A DNA stretch of 64,000 nt from an uncultured bacterium (GTDB taxonomy: Bacteria; Fidelibacterota; Marinisomatia; Marinisomatales; UBA1611): positions 64,001-128,000 of the forward strand of contig CALSPG010000005.1 of assembly GCA_943788175.1 (NCBI GenBank), written 5' to 3'. Shown here piece by piece: positions 1-7,947 of this stretch. Position 1 is the first letter of the stretch; the number at the start of each line of letters is the position of its first letter. The translations under genes and the position numbers were made by a program. The notes below the pieces were generated by a model. It saw only the letters and a program-made list of their open reading frames with translations, made no database searches and had not been told where the DNA came from.

Positions 1-1
1 T

Positions 2-163
2 TTCCGGCCTGGCGATGTCAGTAGTTTGGCGTCTTCAATTATAGCGACTCTTAATAATATTGTCGAAGATGATATTCTATATAATCAGGCAAAAGTTCAG
101 AGCACCTATAACTGGGATAAGAATAAAAAAAAGATTAAAGAAACTTATTCTAAAGTTTATAAT
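2..163 (+). CDS. 3' end of a GT-B (GT4-like) glycosyltransferase running in from outside the window; no stop codon before the next GT
   Basis: Frame 2 is open from base 2: FRPGDVSSLASSIIATL...YNWDKNKKKIKETYSKV. This resembles the GT4 C-terminal pattern (PGD..LA..I ... Y.W ... Y). Confidence 0.6.
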
Positions 164-1252
164 ATGAAAATATTATATATATCGCCTGAAAACACTGTTG
201 GCACAATGAGTCTTTGGAAAAAAGCTCATGAGCTAAATGGTAATGAATGTGATATTATTACTATGTATAGGAACTCTAATCAACCAGACCCTGGGATTTG
301 TTTGAACCTTCCACTAATATCTACAAACTCAAAATATTTAAACCTGAGGCATAAATATTATCAAATTTACAGAGGAGAATTAGGAGACTACAAAGGTAGA
401 GAAGGGTTTCCGCCTATATGGAAAGAAAATTCTATGATTGAAAAAATATTTTTTAAAATTAGAGATTGGATTTGGGCTTTTTATATTGAATCTGCAATAA
501 AAAAACACAATCTCTATGATTATGATATTTATCATTTTGAATGGGGCTTAGATCTTTATCGGGATTGCCGATTTGCGAAAGAACTTTCAAAGCGTAAAAA
601 GCCTATTGTTTGCACATATCACGGGCAGGACATGCGCACAAGAGGAGTAATAAGAGAGTTGGATGATATTAGTAATTTAAACTTAACCAGTGAAGTTGAT
701 TTACTCTATAAGCATCCAAATATTGAATATTTATTTTTGCCATATGAAACTGAAAATTATAATTTAATAAAAAAGGTTTCGAACCAGGTTAGAGTATGCC
801 ATAGTCCTACAAATAGATATTATAAAGGAAGTGAAGACATTATTAAAATATGTCGTGAGTTAGAGCAAGAAAATATAATTGAATTTTTACTTATTGAAGG
901 GAAGCCTCAAGACGAAGTAGTTAAAATGAAAAAAGAATGTGATATTTATATCGATCAAATTCATAATCGTGGCGGCTGGGGTTATGGCATGAGCTCGGTT
1001 GAGTCTCTTTCAATGGGGCTGGTGTGTATGACAGAGTTAGTTGAAGAATATAGAAAATTCATCCCAGACCATCCTTTCATTGCTATCGATAAGGGCAATC
1101 TTAAACAAAAAATAATCCATTTAGCTCAAAATAAAGAAATGTTGTTACATAAAAAAAAGGAAGGGAAAAAGTGGGTTGCAAAATACCATGGCATCAAGAG
1201 TGTTGCTAAGTCGCTATACACTCATTACGAAAACTTTTTATGGATCAAGTAA
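164..1252 (+). CDS. GT-B fold glycosyltransferase (family 4-like)
   Basis: Probable start is ATG at 164 (MKILYISP). Contains HSPTNRYYKGS and DIYIDQ...GYGMSSVESLSMG, typical GT-B nucleotide-sugar binding motifs. Confidence 0.8.
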   Translation: MKILYISPENTVGTMSLWKKAHELNGNECDIITMYRNSNQPDPGICLNLPLISTNSKYLNLRHKYYQIYRGELGDYKGREGFPPIWKENSMIEKIFFKIRDWIWAFYIESAIKKHNLYDYDIYHFEWGLDLYRDCRFAKELSKRKKPIVCTYHGQDMRTRGVIRELDDISNLNLTSEVDLLYKHPNIEYLFLPYETENYNLIKKVSNQVRVCHSPTNRYYKGSEDIIKICRELEQENIIEFLLIEGKPQDEVVKMKKECDIYIDQIHNRGGWGYGMSSVESLSMGLVCMTELVEEYRKFIPDHPFIAIDKGNLKQKIIHLAQNKEMLLHKKKEGKKWVAKYHGIKSVAKSLYTHYENFLWIK

Positions 1253-2145
1253 CTAAAATTGATATTGTAGTTCCTTGTTATAATGTAGGGAATGTAATTG
1301 GAAGCTGTATCGAGAGCTTATTAGATCAGACAATTTCACTTAAAGAATACCATTGCTTCTTTATAAATGACTATTCCAGCGATAATACACAAAATGTTCT
1401 TCAAAAATATAAAACTACAAAAAATATAACAATTATTAATCAAAAGAAAAATTTAGGATTAGCAGCAACAAGGAATACCGGCATAAAAAAAGGAAATTCA
1501 AAAATGGTTGCTTTCCTGGACGGTGACATGACTGTAGAAAAAGATTGGTTAGAATCACTTTCTAGATACTTTAGTAAAAATATTATTGCTGTAATGGGTG
1601 ATAATATTCCACCAAAAAATTTATCATTAAATCCTGTGGAAAAATATTATTTTGGAAGGCTAAGAGGAGCTAGGCAGTATAATGATAATGAAAATATACC
1701 GTTGCAATACATGCTATTTGGCAACGCAATGATAAAGCGCGAGGCGCTAGAAAAAGGTGGGCTTTTTGATGAGAAAATTAATAGGTACGGGGGTGAAGAC
1801 ACAGATTTATCAGCAAAAATATGGAATATCTACCCGAATAGTTTTGTTTTTTCAAAAAAATCTAATTCCACTCATCATCATAGGCGCAATTTAGACGAAT
1901 TCTGCAAATCGATGGAAGTATACGGATCTCAAAATTTACATACTCTAATAAAGCGATATCCTGAGCATAAATCAAAGTTTGCAGCAGACTATATCTTTAC
2001 ATTAAAAGGCTATTTTTTATTCAACGCTTTGTCCAGGGTCATTATAAAAACTTTAAGTAAAGTTTTTCCTGCGCAATTAATTATTAGATATTTAGTTGCT
2101 GATGCCGTTATTAAAGGCGCTCGAAAAATCAGAAAGCCATTTTAA
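1240..2145 (+). CDS. Glycosyltransferase family 2
   Basis: IVVPCYN, NDYSSD, NLGLAATRNTG, FLDGD (DxD) and GGED motifs. Confidence 0.92.
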   Translation: MDQVTKIDIVVPCYNVGNVIGSCIESLLDQTISLKEYHCFFINDYSSDNTQNVLQKYKTTKNITIINQKKNLGLAATRNTGIKKGNSKMVAFLDGDMTVEKDWLESLSRYFSKNIIAVMGDNIPPKNLSLNPVEKYYFGRLRGARQYNDNENIPLQYMLFGNAMIKREALEKGGLFDEKINRYGGEDTDLSAKIWNIYPNSFVFSKKSNSTHHHRRNLDEFCKSMEVYGSQNLHTLIKRYPEHKSKFAADYIFTLKGYFLFNALSRVIIKTLSKVFPAQLIIRYLVADAVIKGARKIRKPF

Positions 2146-2173
2146 TAGAGGAAAGTATTTTGAAATATAAATA

Positions 2174-2201
2174 TTGGAAATGCTCCTATTATTTGTAAAT
2201 T
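2174..2201 (+). promoter_or_regulatory. Candidate sigma70-type promoter for the small-protein pair
   Basis: TTGGAA-16 nt-TAAATT. Same geometry as the candidate rho promoter, but weak evidence in AT-rich DNA. Confidence 0.3.
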
Positions 2202-2216
2202 CAGTTCTAGTAAACG

Positions 2217-2313
2217 GATTGCCCTTGGTAAAAAATAATTTTTACTAAGACAATCAATTAAAAATAAATAGAAAATTTTTCTATTTTAATCTTAAAAACC
2301 AAACCAAGGAGGT
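2217..2313 (+). promoter_or_regulatory. Structured 5' leader: two hairpins followed by a strong Shine-Dalgarno
   Basis: Hairpin 1: GATTG-cc-CTTGGTAAAAA / TTTTTACTAAG-a-CAATC (2217-2255, one G-U pair). Hairpin 2: AAATAGAAA / TTTCTATTT (2266-2286). SD AAGGAGGT at 2306-2313. Confidence 0.55.
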
Positions 2314-2319
2314 ATTGGC

Positions 2320-2529
2320 ATGGCTGATGTAAATGCAACCGTACAAAATGCTGCAGCTGGAATTGTTGGCGTTATTAAAGCGCTCATCGTGCTTTTTGTT
2401 TTCGTTAACATTATTTATTCTACTGGATTTGATCCAATAGGCGGAATAGTAGACTTAGTAAATACATTTCTAGATGGCGGTTTCGCTGGTCTGCTTGCTT
2501 TGCTGGTCTTTCTCTCGTTTCTAGGATAA
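2320..2529 (+). CDS. Small hydrophobic membrane protein A (69 aa), function unknown
   Basis: Perfect SD AAGGAGGT. Two hydrophobic segments separated by an amphipathic helix. Aligns without gaps to the downstream ORF. Confidence 0.88.
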   Translation: MADVNATVQNAAAGIVGVIKALIVLFVFVNIIYSTGFDPIGGIVDLVNTFLDGGFAGLLALLVFLSFLG

Positions 2530-2539
2530 ATAATCAATT

Positions 2540-2580
2540 AGGGCCAGGAGCTTTTTTTAATAAGCTCCTGCACGCCTTTT
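2540..2580 (+). promoter_or_regulatory. Intergenic hairpin (partial terminator, stabiliser or anti-SD switch)
   Basis: CAGGAGCTT (2545-2553) pairs with AAGCTCCTG (2562-2570); extendable by AGGGC/GCCTT; ends in TTTT. Confidence 0.65.
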
Positions 2581-2594
2581 AACAGGAGGAAAAT

Positions 2595-2813
2595 ATGCTT
2601 AAAGGTGGATTTGAAACCCTTAACGAGTGGCTTGGAATCGCAACTGATTTACTCAAGTCTCTAGTCGTTATTGGAATCGTTGTCGGTATCCTGTTTGATG
2701 ACTTTTTCGGTGTGATTGAAGGCCTAGGACGAGTGATGGCACAGTTTGGCGACGCGGGGCTAGCAGGATTACTAGCATTGATGATACTCGTTATGTGGTA
2801 CGAAAAAAAGTAA
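2595..2813 (+). CDS. Small hydrophobic membrane protein B (72 aa), paralog of protein A
   Basis: SD CAGGAGG at 2583-2589. Shares the F-x-D-x-G-(F/L)-AGLLAL motif with protein A. Confidence 0.88.
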   Translation: MLKGGFETLNEWLGIATDLLKSLVVIGIVVGILFDDFFGVIEGLGRVMAQFGDAGLAGLLALMILVMWYEKK

Positions 2814-2833
2814 TATGGCTTCAATGCCGTGAC

Positions 2834-2869
2834 ATTGCACCTCGGTCTATCGAGGTGCAATTACTTTTT
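2834..2869 (+). terminator. Intrinsic terminator of the small-protein unit
   Basis: 11-bp stem ATTGCACCTCG / CGAGGTGCAAT, 6-nt loop, then TACTTTTT. Confidence 0.8.
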
Positions 2870-3048
2870 AATAAATTTTTATATTATAGCTCAACAACTT
2901 GAATCATTTTTTATTAACAGAATAATACAATTTCTGATTTTACCCTCGCTTAGATATATAGTTACGAATTTAATTGAATAATCTGTTTTTATCAAAAACG
3001 GGAACCCCTATCATCTTTTATTAAGGTATTGATTTTTTATATTATGTA

Positions 3049-4527
3049 ATGACAATTATAAAAATAATTTCAATAATAACATTTATTACTTCGAGTCTCA
3101 TTTCGGATATAAAAGTAGTTAATAATTCAATTTCTAAGAGTTCTTTAATTAAAACATTAAAGGGTGAAAAAAAAATATATGTATCAACCAGAGATATTGT
3201 TTCTGCACTTTCGTGTCGGTTATATGAAAATTCAGAGCGTAAAAAACTAGTTCTTTACATATCAGGGAAAAAAATTAAAATTTCTGCTGGAACGAGTTTT
3301 TTAATTGTTGATGATGTTTCATATCAAATGATTGATCCTGTTCAAGAATATAATGGAGACTTATATGTTCCTGCTGAAGATTTTTTTGATATTTTACGTA
3401 AAGTTGCAATCCCGGGATTAACCTTTGATAAGCGTAAAGAATTAATCGAATTCGATGTTGTTAGATATAATGTTAGGTCTTTAAAAATTGAACAAAAATC
3501 CAACGGTACTATAATTCGTATAAATACACAAAAATCCTTTTCAGATCGTGATATTAGTTCTTTTATTAATAAGCATGGGTGGTTTTATTTAACTATTGTA
3601 GGTGGTATTGTCGACACCTCTACTTTAAATAAAACAATAGTAAGAGGAGTCATACGTAAAATTGAATCTGATCAGATTAATGAGACAGCACAGATTGCTC
3701 TTAAATTGAGGGAAGGTGTTATTAGTCAAGAATGGTATCAAAATCATGATCCAAATGAAATTGTCATAACCTTACGAACAGCTTTAGGTAATAATGTTAA
3801 GCGACTTAAAAATGTAAAAGAAAGGTGGCATCTTGATACAATTGTTTTGGATGCGGGTCATGGAGGAAAGGACCCAGGAACTAGCGGTAAATATGGTACA
3901 AAAGAAAAAGATATCGTTTTAGATATTACTAAAAGAGTTGGCCGGTTACTCGAGAAGAAAACTGGTATTAAAGTAGTTTATACTAGAACTGAAGATATTT
4001 TTGTACCATTATGGAAAAGAACTAAAATAGCAAATGAAGCTGGAGGGAAAGTTTTTGTGAGTATTCATATTAATTCAAACCCGAATAGGAAAGTTACCGG
4101 GTTTGAAACTTATTTACATTCACATGATAAAACCGCCACAGCAATAGATGTAGCTTCTAGGGAGAATGCTGTTATTGAACTGGAGGATAAAAAGATTAAT
4201 TATAAGAAACTTTCTATGGAAAGAAAAATAACTGCAACAATGGCAAGTAGTATGTTCTTAAAAGAGAGTGAGGTTTTGGCGTCTATTATCCAAGAAGAAC
4301 TTGACAAAAAATTAACTGTTCCAAACAGAGGAGTAAAACAAGCAGGTTTTTACGTTTTATCGGGAGCAAGCATGCCATGCGTTTTAATAGAGGGTGGTTT
4401 TGTTTCTAATTCGGGAGAAGAAAAAAACTTGAAATCTCCAAGTTATCGAAAAAAAATTGCAGACGGTATCTACAAAGCTATAATTAAGTTTAAAGCATCT
4501 AGAGAAAAAGTTCTCGCTGAGGAGTAG
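3049..4527 (+). CDS. N-acetylmuramoyl-L-alanine amidase (Amidase_3) with N-terminal accessory domains
   Basis: LDAGHGGKDPG, EKDI.L, SIHIN and LIEGGF zinc-amidase motifs; signal peptide. Confidence 0.92.
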   Translation: MTIIKIISIITFITSSLISDIKVVNNSISKSSLIKTLKGEKKIYVSTRDIVSALSCRLYENSERKKLVLYISGKKIKISAGTSFLIVDDVSYQMIDPVQEYNGDLYVPAEDFFDILRKVAIPGLTFDKRKELIEFDVVRYNVRSLKIEQKSNGTIIRINTQKSFSDRDISSFINKHGWFYLTIVGGIVDTSTLNKTIVRGVIRKIESDQINETAQIALKLREGVISQEWYQNHDPNEIVITLRTALGNNVKRLKNVKERWHLDTIVLDAGHGGKDPGTSGKYGTKEKDIVLDITKRVGRLLEKKTGIKVVYTRTEDIFVPLWKRTKIANEAGGKVFVSIHINSNPNRKVTGFETYLHSHDKTATAIDVASRENAVIELEDKKINYKKLSMERKITATMASSMFLKESEVLASIIQEELDKKLTVPNRGVKQAGFYVLSGASMPCVLIEGGFVSNSGEEKNLKSPSYRKKIADGIYKAIIKFKASREKVLAEE

Positions 4528-5327
4528 TGGTGGATAAAAGACCTATAGGCGTTTTCGATTCAGGTCTCGGGGGGTTGACCGTTGTAAAAGCATTAAAAAA
4601 TAATTTACCAAATGAGTCTGTTTTATACTTTGGAGATACTGCACGTCTTCCTTATGGTGTTAAAAGTAGAGAGTTAATAATCGAATATTCTGTTCAAATA
4701 ACAGAGTTTTTAATTCAAAAAGGAGCAAAGCTGATAGTAGTTGCTTGCAACACTGCAACAGCAATGGCTCTAGAAGAATTAAGGTCGCGATTCAAAGAAA
4801 CTAAAATTATTGGAGTTATTGAACCTGGTTCTAAGCAAGCTTATTTAGATACATCTACTAAAAGAATTGGCGTGATTGGAACAGATGCGACAATTAATTC
4901 TAGAGCATATCAGGACTCTTTATTAAAAATCGATGATAAAATTCATGTTATTTCAAAAGCTTGTCCTCTTTTTGTACCTTTTGTAGAAGAAGGGATGATA
5001 ACAGGGAGCGCTATAAATTATATTGTAGAACATTACTTATCAAGTTTTCAGAATGATATTGATACTATGATACTTGGCTGTACTCATTATCCTTTATTAA
5101 AAGAGGCTATAGGCAGATATACAAAAAATATAAAGTTAGTAGACTCTGCATCTGCGACAGCAAAAGAGGCTGGCATTATATTAAAAAAACATAATTTAAA
5201 AAATACTGCTGAAAAATCTTACAGCTTAGATTGTTTTGTTACAGATTTGCCGATGAAATTTGAAAGACTTGGTAAAAACTTTTTAGGTGAACCGATAGGG
5301 AGTCCTCAATTAGTTAATGAGATATAA
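4527..5327 (+). CDS. murI: Glutamate racemase
   Basis: IGVFDSGLGGLTV, ACNTA and LGCTHYP motifs. Confidence 0.97.
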   Translation: MVDKRPIGVFDSGLGGLTVVKALKNNLPNESVLYFGDTARLPYGVKSRELIIEYSVQITEFLIQKGAKLIVVACNTATAMALEELRSRFKETKIIGVIEPGSKQAYLDTSTKRIGVIGTDATINSRAYQDSLLKIDDKIHVISKACPLFVPFVEEGMITGSAINYIVEHYLSSFQNDIDTMILGCTHYPLLKEAIGRYTKNIKLVDSASATAKEAGIILKKHNLKNTAEKSYSLDCFVTDLPMKFERLGKNFLGEPIGSPQLVNEI

Positions 5328-6588
5328 TATAGATTTAATTCTTGAAGAGTTGTATGGTTTACAACGCCTAGGTATAAAAGTTGGTTTAAAACATACAGTT
5401 CAATTATTAGATAAAATTGGGAATCCACATAATAAATTAAAATTAATCCATATAGCTGGAACTAACGGGAAAGGTAGTACTTGTTCTATGCTAAGTAATA
5501 TTTTAATTGAACATGGTTTAAAAGTAGGTTTGTATACATCTCCTCATTTATTGAGGTTCAATGAAAGAATTCAAATCAATGGAAACCATATTCCAGATGA
5601 TTATATCGCTCAATTTTTCGATAAGAATAGAAAGCATATAAATTTTATAAAATCGACTTTTTTTGAAACAACTACTGCTTTAGCCTTTGATTATTTTTAT
5701 GATAAATCTGTTGATATCGCCATAATTGAAACAGGTCTTGGCGGCAGGCTAGACTCTACAAATGTGATATCTCCAATTGTCTGTGGAATTTCAGCGATTT
5801 CCTTTGACCATACTGAGATTCTAGGTGATACGATTGAAAAAATATCTAAAGAAAAAGCGGGGATTATAAAGGAAGGGATTCCTGTTGCCACTTTTGAACA
5901 AGAAAATAAAATTTTGCAAGTTATTGATCGTACTTGTAGAGAAAAAAACACTAGTTTAGAAATAATTCAAAATGATGATATAATTATTTCGAAAGTTGAT
6001 AAAAAAGGAACTTACTTTTATTATTCGAGCTTAGAGATTGAATTACCTTTATTTGGTGACCATCAAGTTCAAAACTGTTCATTGGCTATTTGTCTTTCAA
6101 AATATGCTTTAGGAGCTGCAGTAAGTCCTTCAAAAATAAAAACTGCAATTTCAAAATCCATTTGGAAAGGTCGATTAGAAAAAATATCAAATAATAATTT
6201 ATTTTATGATGTCGCACACAATTATGATGGTGTAAAAGCTATGTTAAATACTATTAATGTTCTTTATCCAGACAAAAAAAAAGTAGGGTTATTTTGTATC
6301 AAAAGTGATAAAAATATATTAGCAATATGTAAGTTGTTAAAAAATAATTTTAAAAAACTGATTGTTTGCAGCGACAAGAATGGGTATCTAGTAAAAGTTT
6401 CAAATTTGCTGGGTATAATGAATGAAAACAATATTGAATGTCTATCAGTTGACTCTGTAGAAGAAGGGGTTAGTCTTTTAAATGAATATAATAATCCCAA
6501 TTATCTAAATTTGATTTTTGGAAGTCATTACATCGCAAGTGAAGTTTATGGCTCAGTTGGAAAATACTTTGACAGAACATACAATTAG
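5317..6588 (+). CDS. folC: Folylpolyglutamate synthase / dihydrofolate synthase
   Basis: HIAGTNGKGS, YTSPHL, ETGLGGRLDSTN and DVAHN motifs. Confidence 0.96.
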   Translation: MRYNIDLILEELYGLQRLGIKVGLKHTVQLLDKIGNPHNKLKLIHIAGTNGKGSTCSMLSNILIEHGLKVGLYTSPHLLRFNERIQINGNHIPDDYIAQFFDKNRKHINFIKSTFFETTTALAFDYFYDKSVDIAIIETGLGGRLDSTNVISPIVCGISAISFDHTEILGDTIEKISKEKAGIIKEGIPVATFEQENKILQVIDRTCREKNTSLEIIQNDDIIISKVDKKGTYFYYSSLEIELPLFGDHQVQNCSLAICLSKYALGAAVSPSKIKTAISKSIWKGRLEKISNNNLFYDVAHNYDGVKAMLNTINVLYPDKKKVGLFCIKSDKNILAICKLLKNNFKKLIVCSDKNGYLVKVSNLLGIMNENNIECLSVDSVEEGVSLLNEYNNPNYLNLIFGSHYIASEVYGSVGKYFDRTYN

Positions 6589-6596
6589 TGTAATTT
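6569..6596 (+). promoter_or_regulatory. Candidate promoter of rho
   Basis: Perfect TTGACA at 6569-6574, 16-nt spacer, TAATTT at 6591-6596. Confidence 0.4.
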
Positions 6597-6665
6597 ATAT
6601 TATCTACCACAATCCCCGGTAGAGTTTTAATATATTATTTTAATGAATTATTAGGGAAACTATTT

Positions 6666-7916
6666 ATGGATTTAAGCGAATTACAAGCTTTACGTATTAA
6701 GGAGCTAGCAGAGCTAGCTAAAAAATTAAACATATCAGACAACATATCTGGTTTAAACAAGCAAGAGTTGACTGTTAAAATATTAGAAGCCCAAGCAGAA
6801 AAAGATGGCTCTGTTTCTGCAAAAGGAGTTTTAGAAGTAATGCATGATGGCTATGGGTTTCTCAGGTCTCCAAATTTTAATTATATGCCTGGGCCAGACG
6901 ATATTTATGTTAGCCCTTCGCAGATTAAAAGGTTTCGATTAAAGACTGGTCACAATGTTTCTGGGCAAATCAGACCACCAAAAGCAAAAGAAAGATTTTA
7001 TGCTTTACTTAGGGTGGAACTAGTGAACGACCAACCAGTTGAAAAATTAAAAGATTGTATTTTATTTGAAAATTTTACACCTCTTTACCCAGAAAAAAGA
7101 TTTACTCTTGAAACAGATGAAAAAAATATTTCTATGAGAATTATGGATTTAGTCTCTCCTATTGGTATGGGCCAGAGAGCTCTCCTTGTTGCTCAGCCTA
7201 AAACAGGGAAAACTGTATTATTGCAAAAGATTGCAAACGCTATTAGTAAAAATCACCCAGACACAAAAAGAATAGTACTATTAATTGATGAAAGACCTGA
7301 AGAAGTAACAGATATGAAACGTAATGTTGATGCTGAGGTTGTAAGCTCTACGTTTGATGAGCCACCTGAAAGACATGTTTCTGTCTCTGATATGGTATTA
7401 CAAAAAGCTAAGCGAATGGTAGAGTTTGGTGACGATGTTGTTATTTTACTTGATAGTATAACGAGGCTTGGAAGAGCGCATAATGCTGTCATTCCTCATA
7501 GCGGTAAAATTTTATCAGGTGGAGTAGACTTTAATGCATTAAAAAAGCCTAAACAATTTTTAGGTGCCGCTAGAAACACCGAAGAAGGTGGTAGTCTAAC
7601 AATCATCGCAACTGCTTTGGTAGACACTGGTAGTCGTGCGGATGAAGTAATTTATGAGGAATTCAAAGGGACCGGTAATATGGAGCTCGCTCTCGATAGA
7701 CACTTAAGTGATAGAAGAATCTATCCTGCCTTCGACATTATAAAGTCTGGTACTAGAAAAGAAGAACTACTGCTTAGTAGAAAAGAATTAGGCAGAATGT
7801 GGATTCTTAGAAAATTAGTAAATGGAATGAAGGTTGATGAGGCTATCCAATTTCTAATCGACAGAATAAAAAGAACTAAGTCTAATAATGAGTTTTTAGA
7901 TACGATGAGTCAGTAA
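6666..7916 (+). CDS. rho: Transcription termination factor Rho
   Basis: [42 protein letters not shown] and SGTRKEELL motifs. Confidence 0.98.
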   Translation: MDLSELQALRIKELAELAKKLNISDNISGLNKQELTVKILEAQAEKDGSVSAKGVLEVMHDGYGFLRSPNFNYMPGPDDIYVSPSQIKRFRLKTGHNVSGQIRPPKAKERFYALLRVELVNDQPVEKLKDCILFENFTPLYPEKRFTLETDEKNISMRIMDLVSPIGMGQRALLVAQPKTGKTVLLQKIANAISKNHPDTKRIVLLIDERPEEVTDMKRNVDAEVVSSTFDEPPERHVSVSDMVLQKAKRMVEFGDDVVILLDSITRLGRAHNAVIPHSGKILSGGVDFNALKKPKQFLGAARNTEEGGSLTIIATALVDTGSRADEVIYEEFKGTGNMELALDRHLSDRRIYPAFDIIKSGTRKEELLLSRKELGRMWILRKLVNGMKVDEAIQFLIDRIKRTKSNNEFLDTMSQ

Positions 7917-7947
7917 GGACTCTAAATATCTTATATTAATTTGATTT

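Noticed and set aside
2735-2752. TGGCAC...GC resembling a sigma-54 promoter
   Set aside because: Spacing is one base off the GG-N10-GC rule and it lies inside a coding sequence; no convincing sigma-54 site was seen in intergenic regions.
2579-2860. 93-aa minus-strand ORF
   Set aside because: Antisense shadow of small protein B that runs through its terminator; no SD or recognisable motif.
2320-2869. Type I toxin-antitoxin interpretation of the small hydrophobic proteins
   Set aside because: The proteins are longer, two-TM, paralogous and have very strong SD sites, and I found no convincing antisense promoter/terminator pair. Not fully excluded, given the anti-SD structures.
6603-6623. Small hairpin TCTACC/GGTAGA with a C-rich loop in the rho leader (possible autoregulation site)
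   Set aside because: A 6-bp stem is too short to distinguish from chance.
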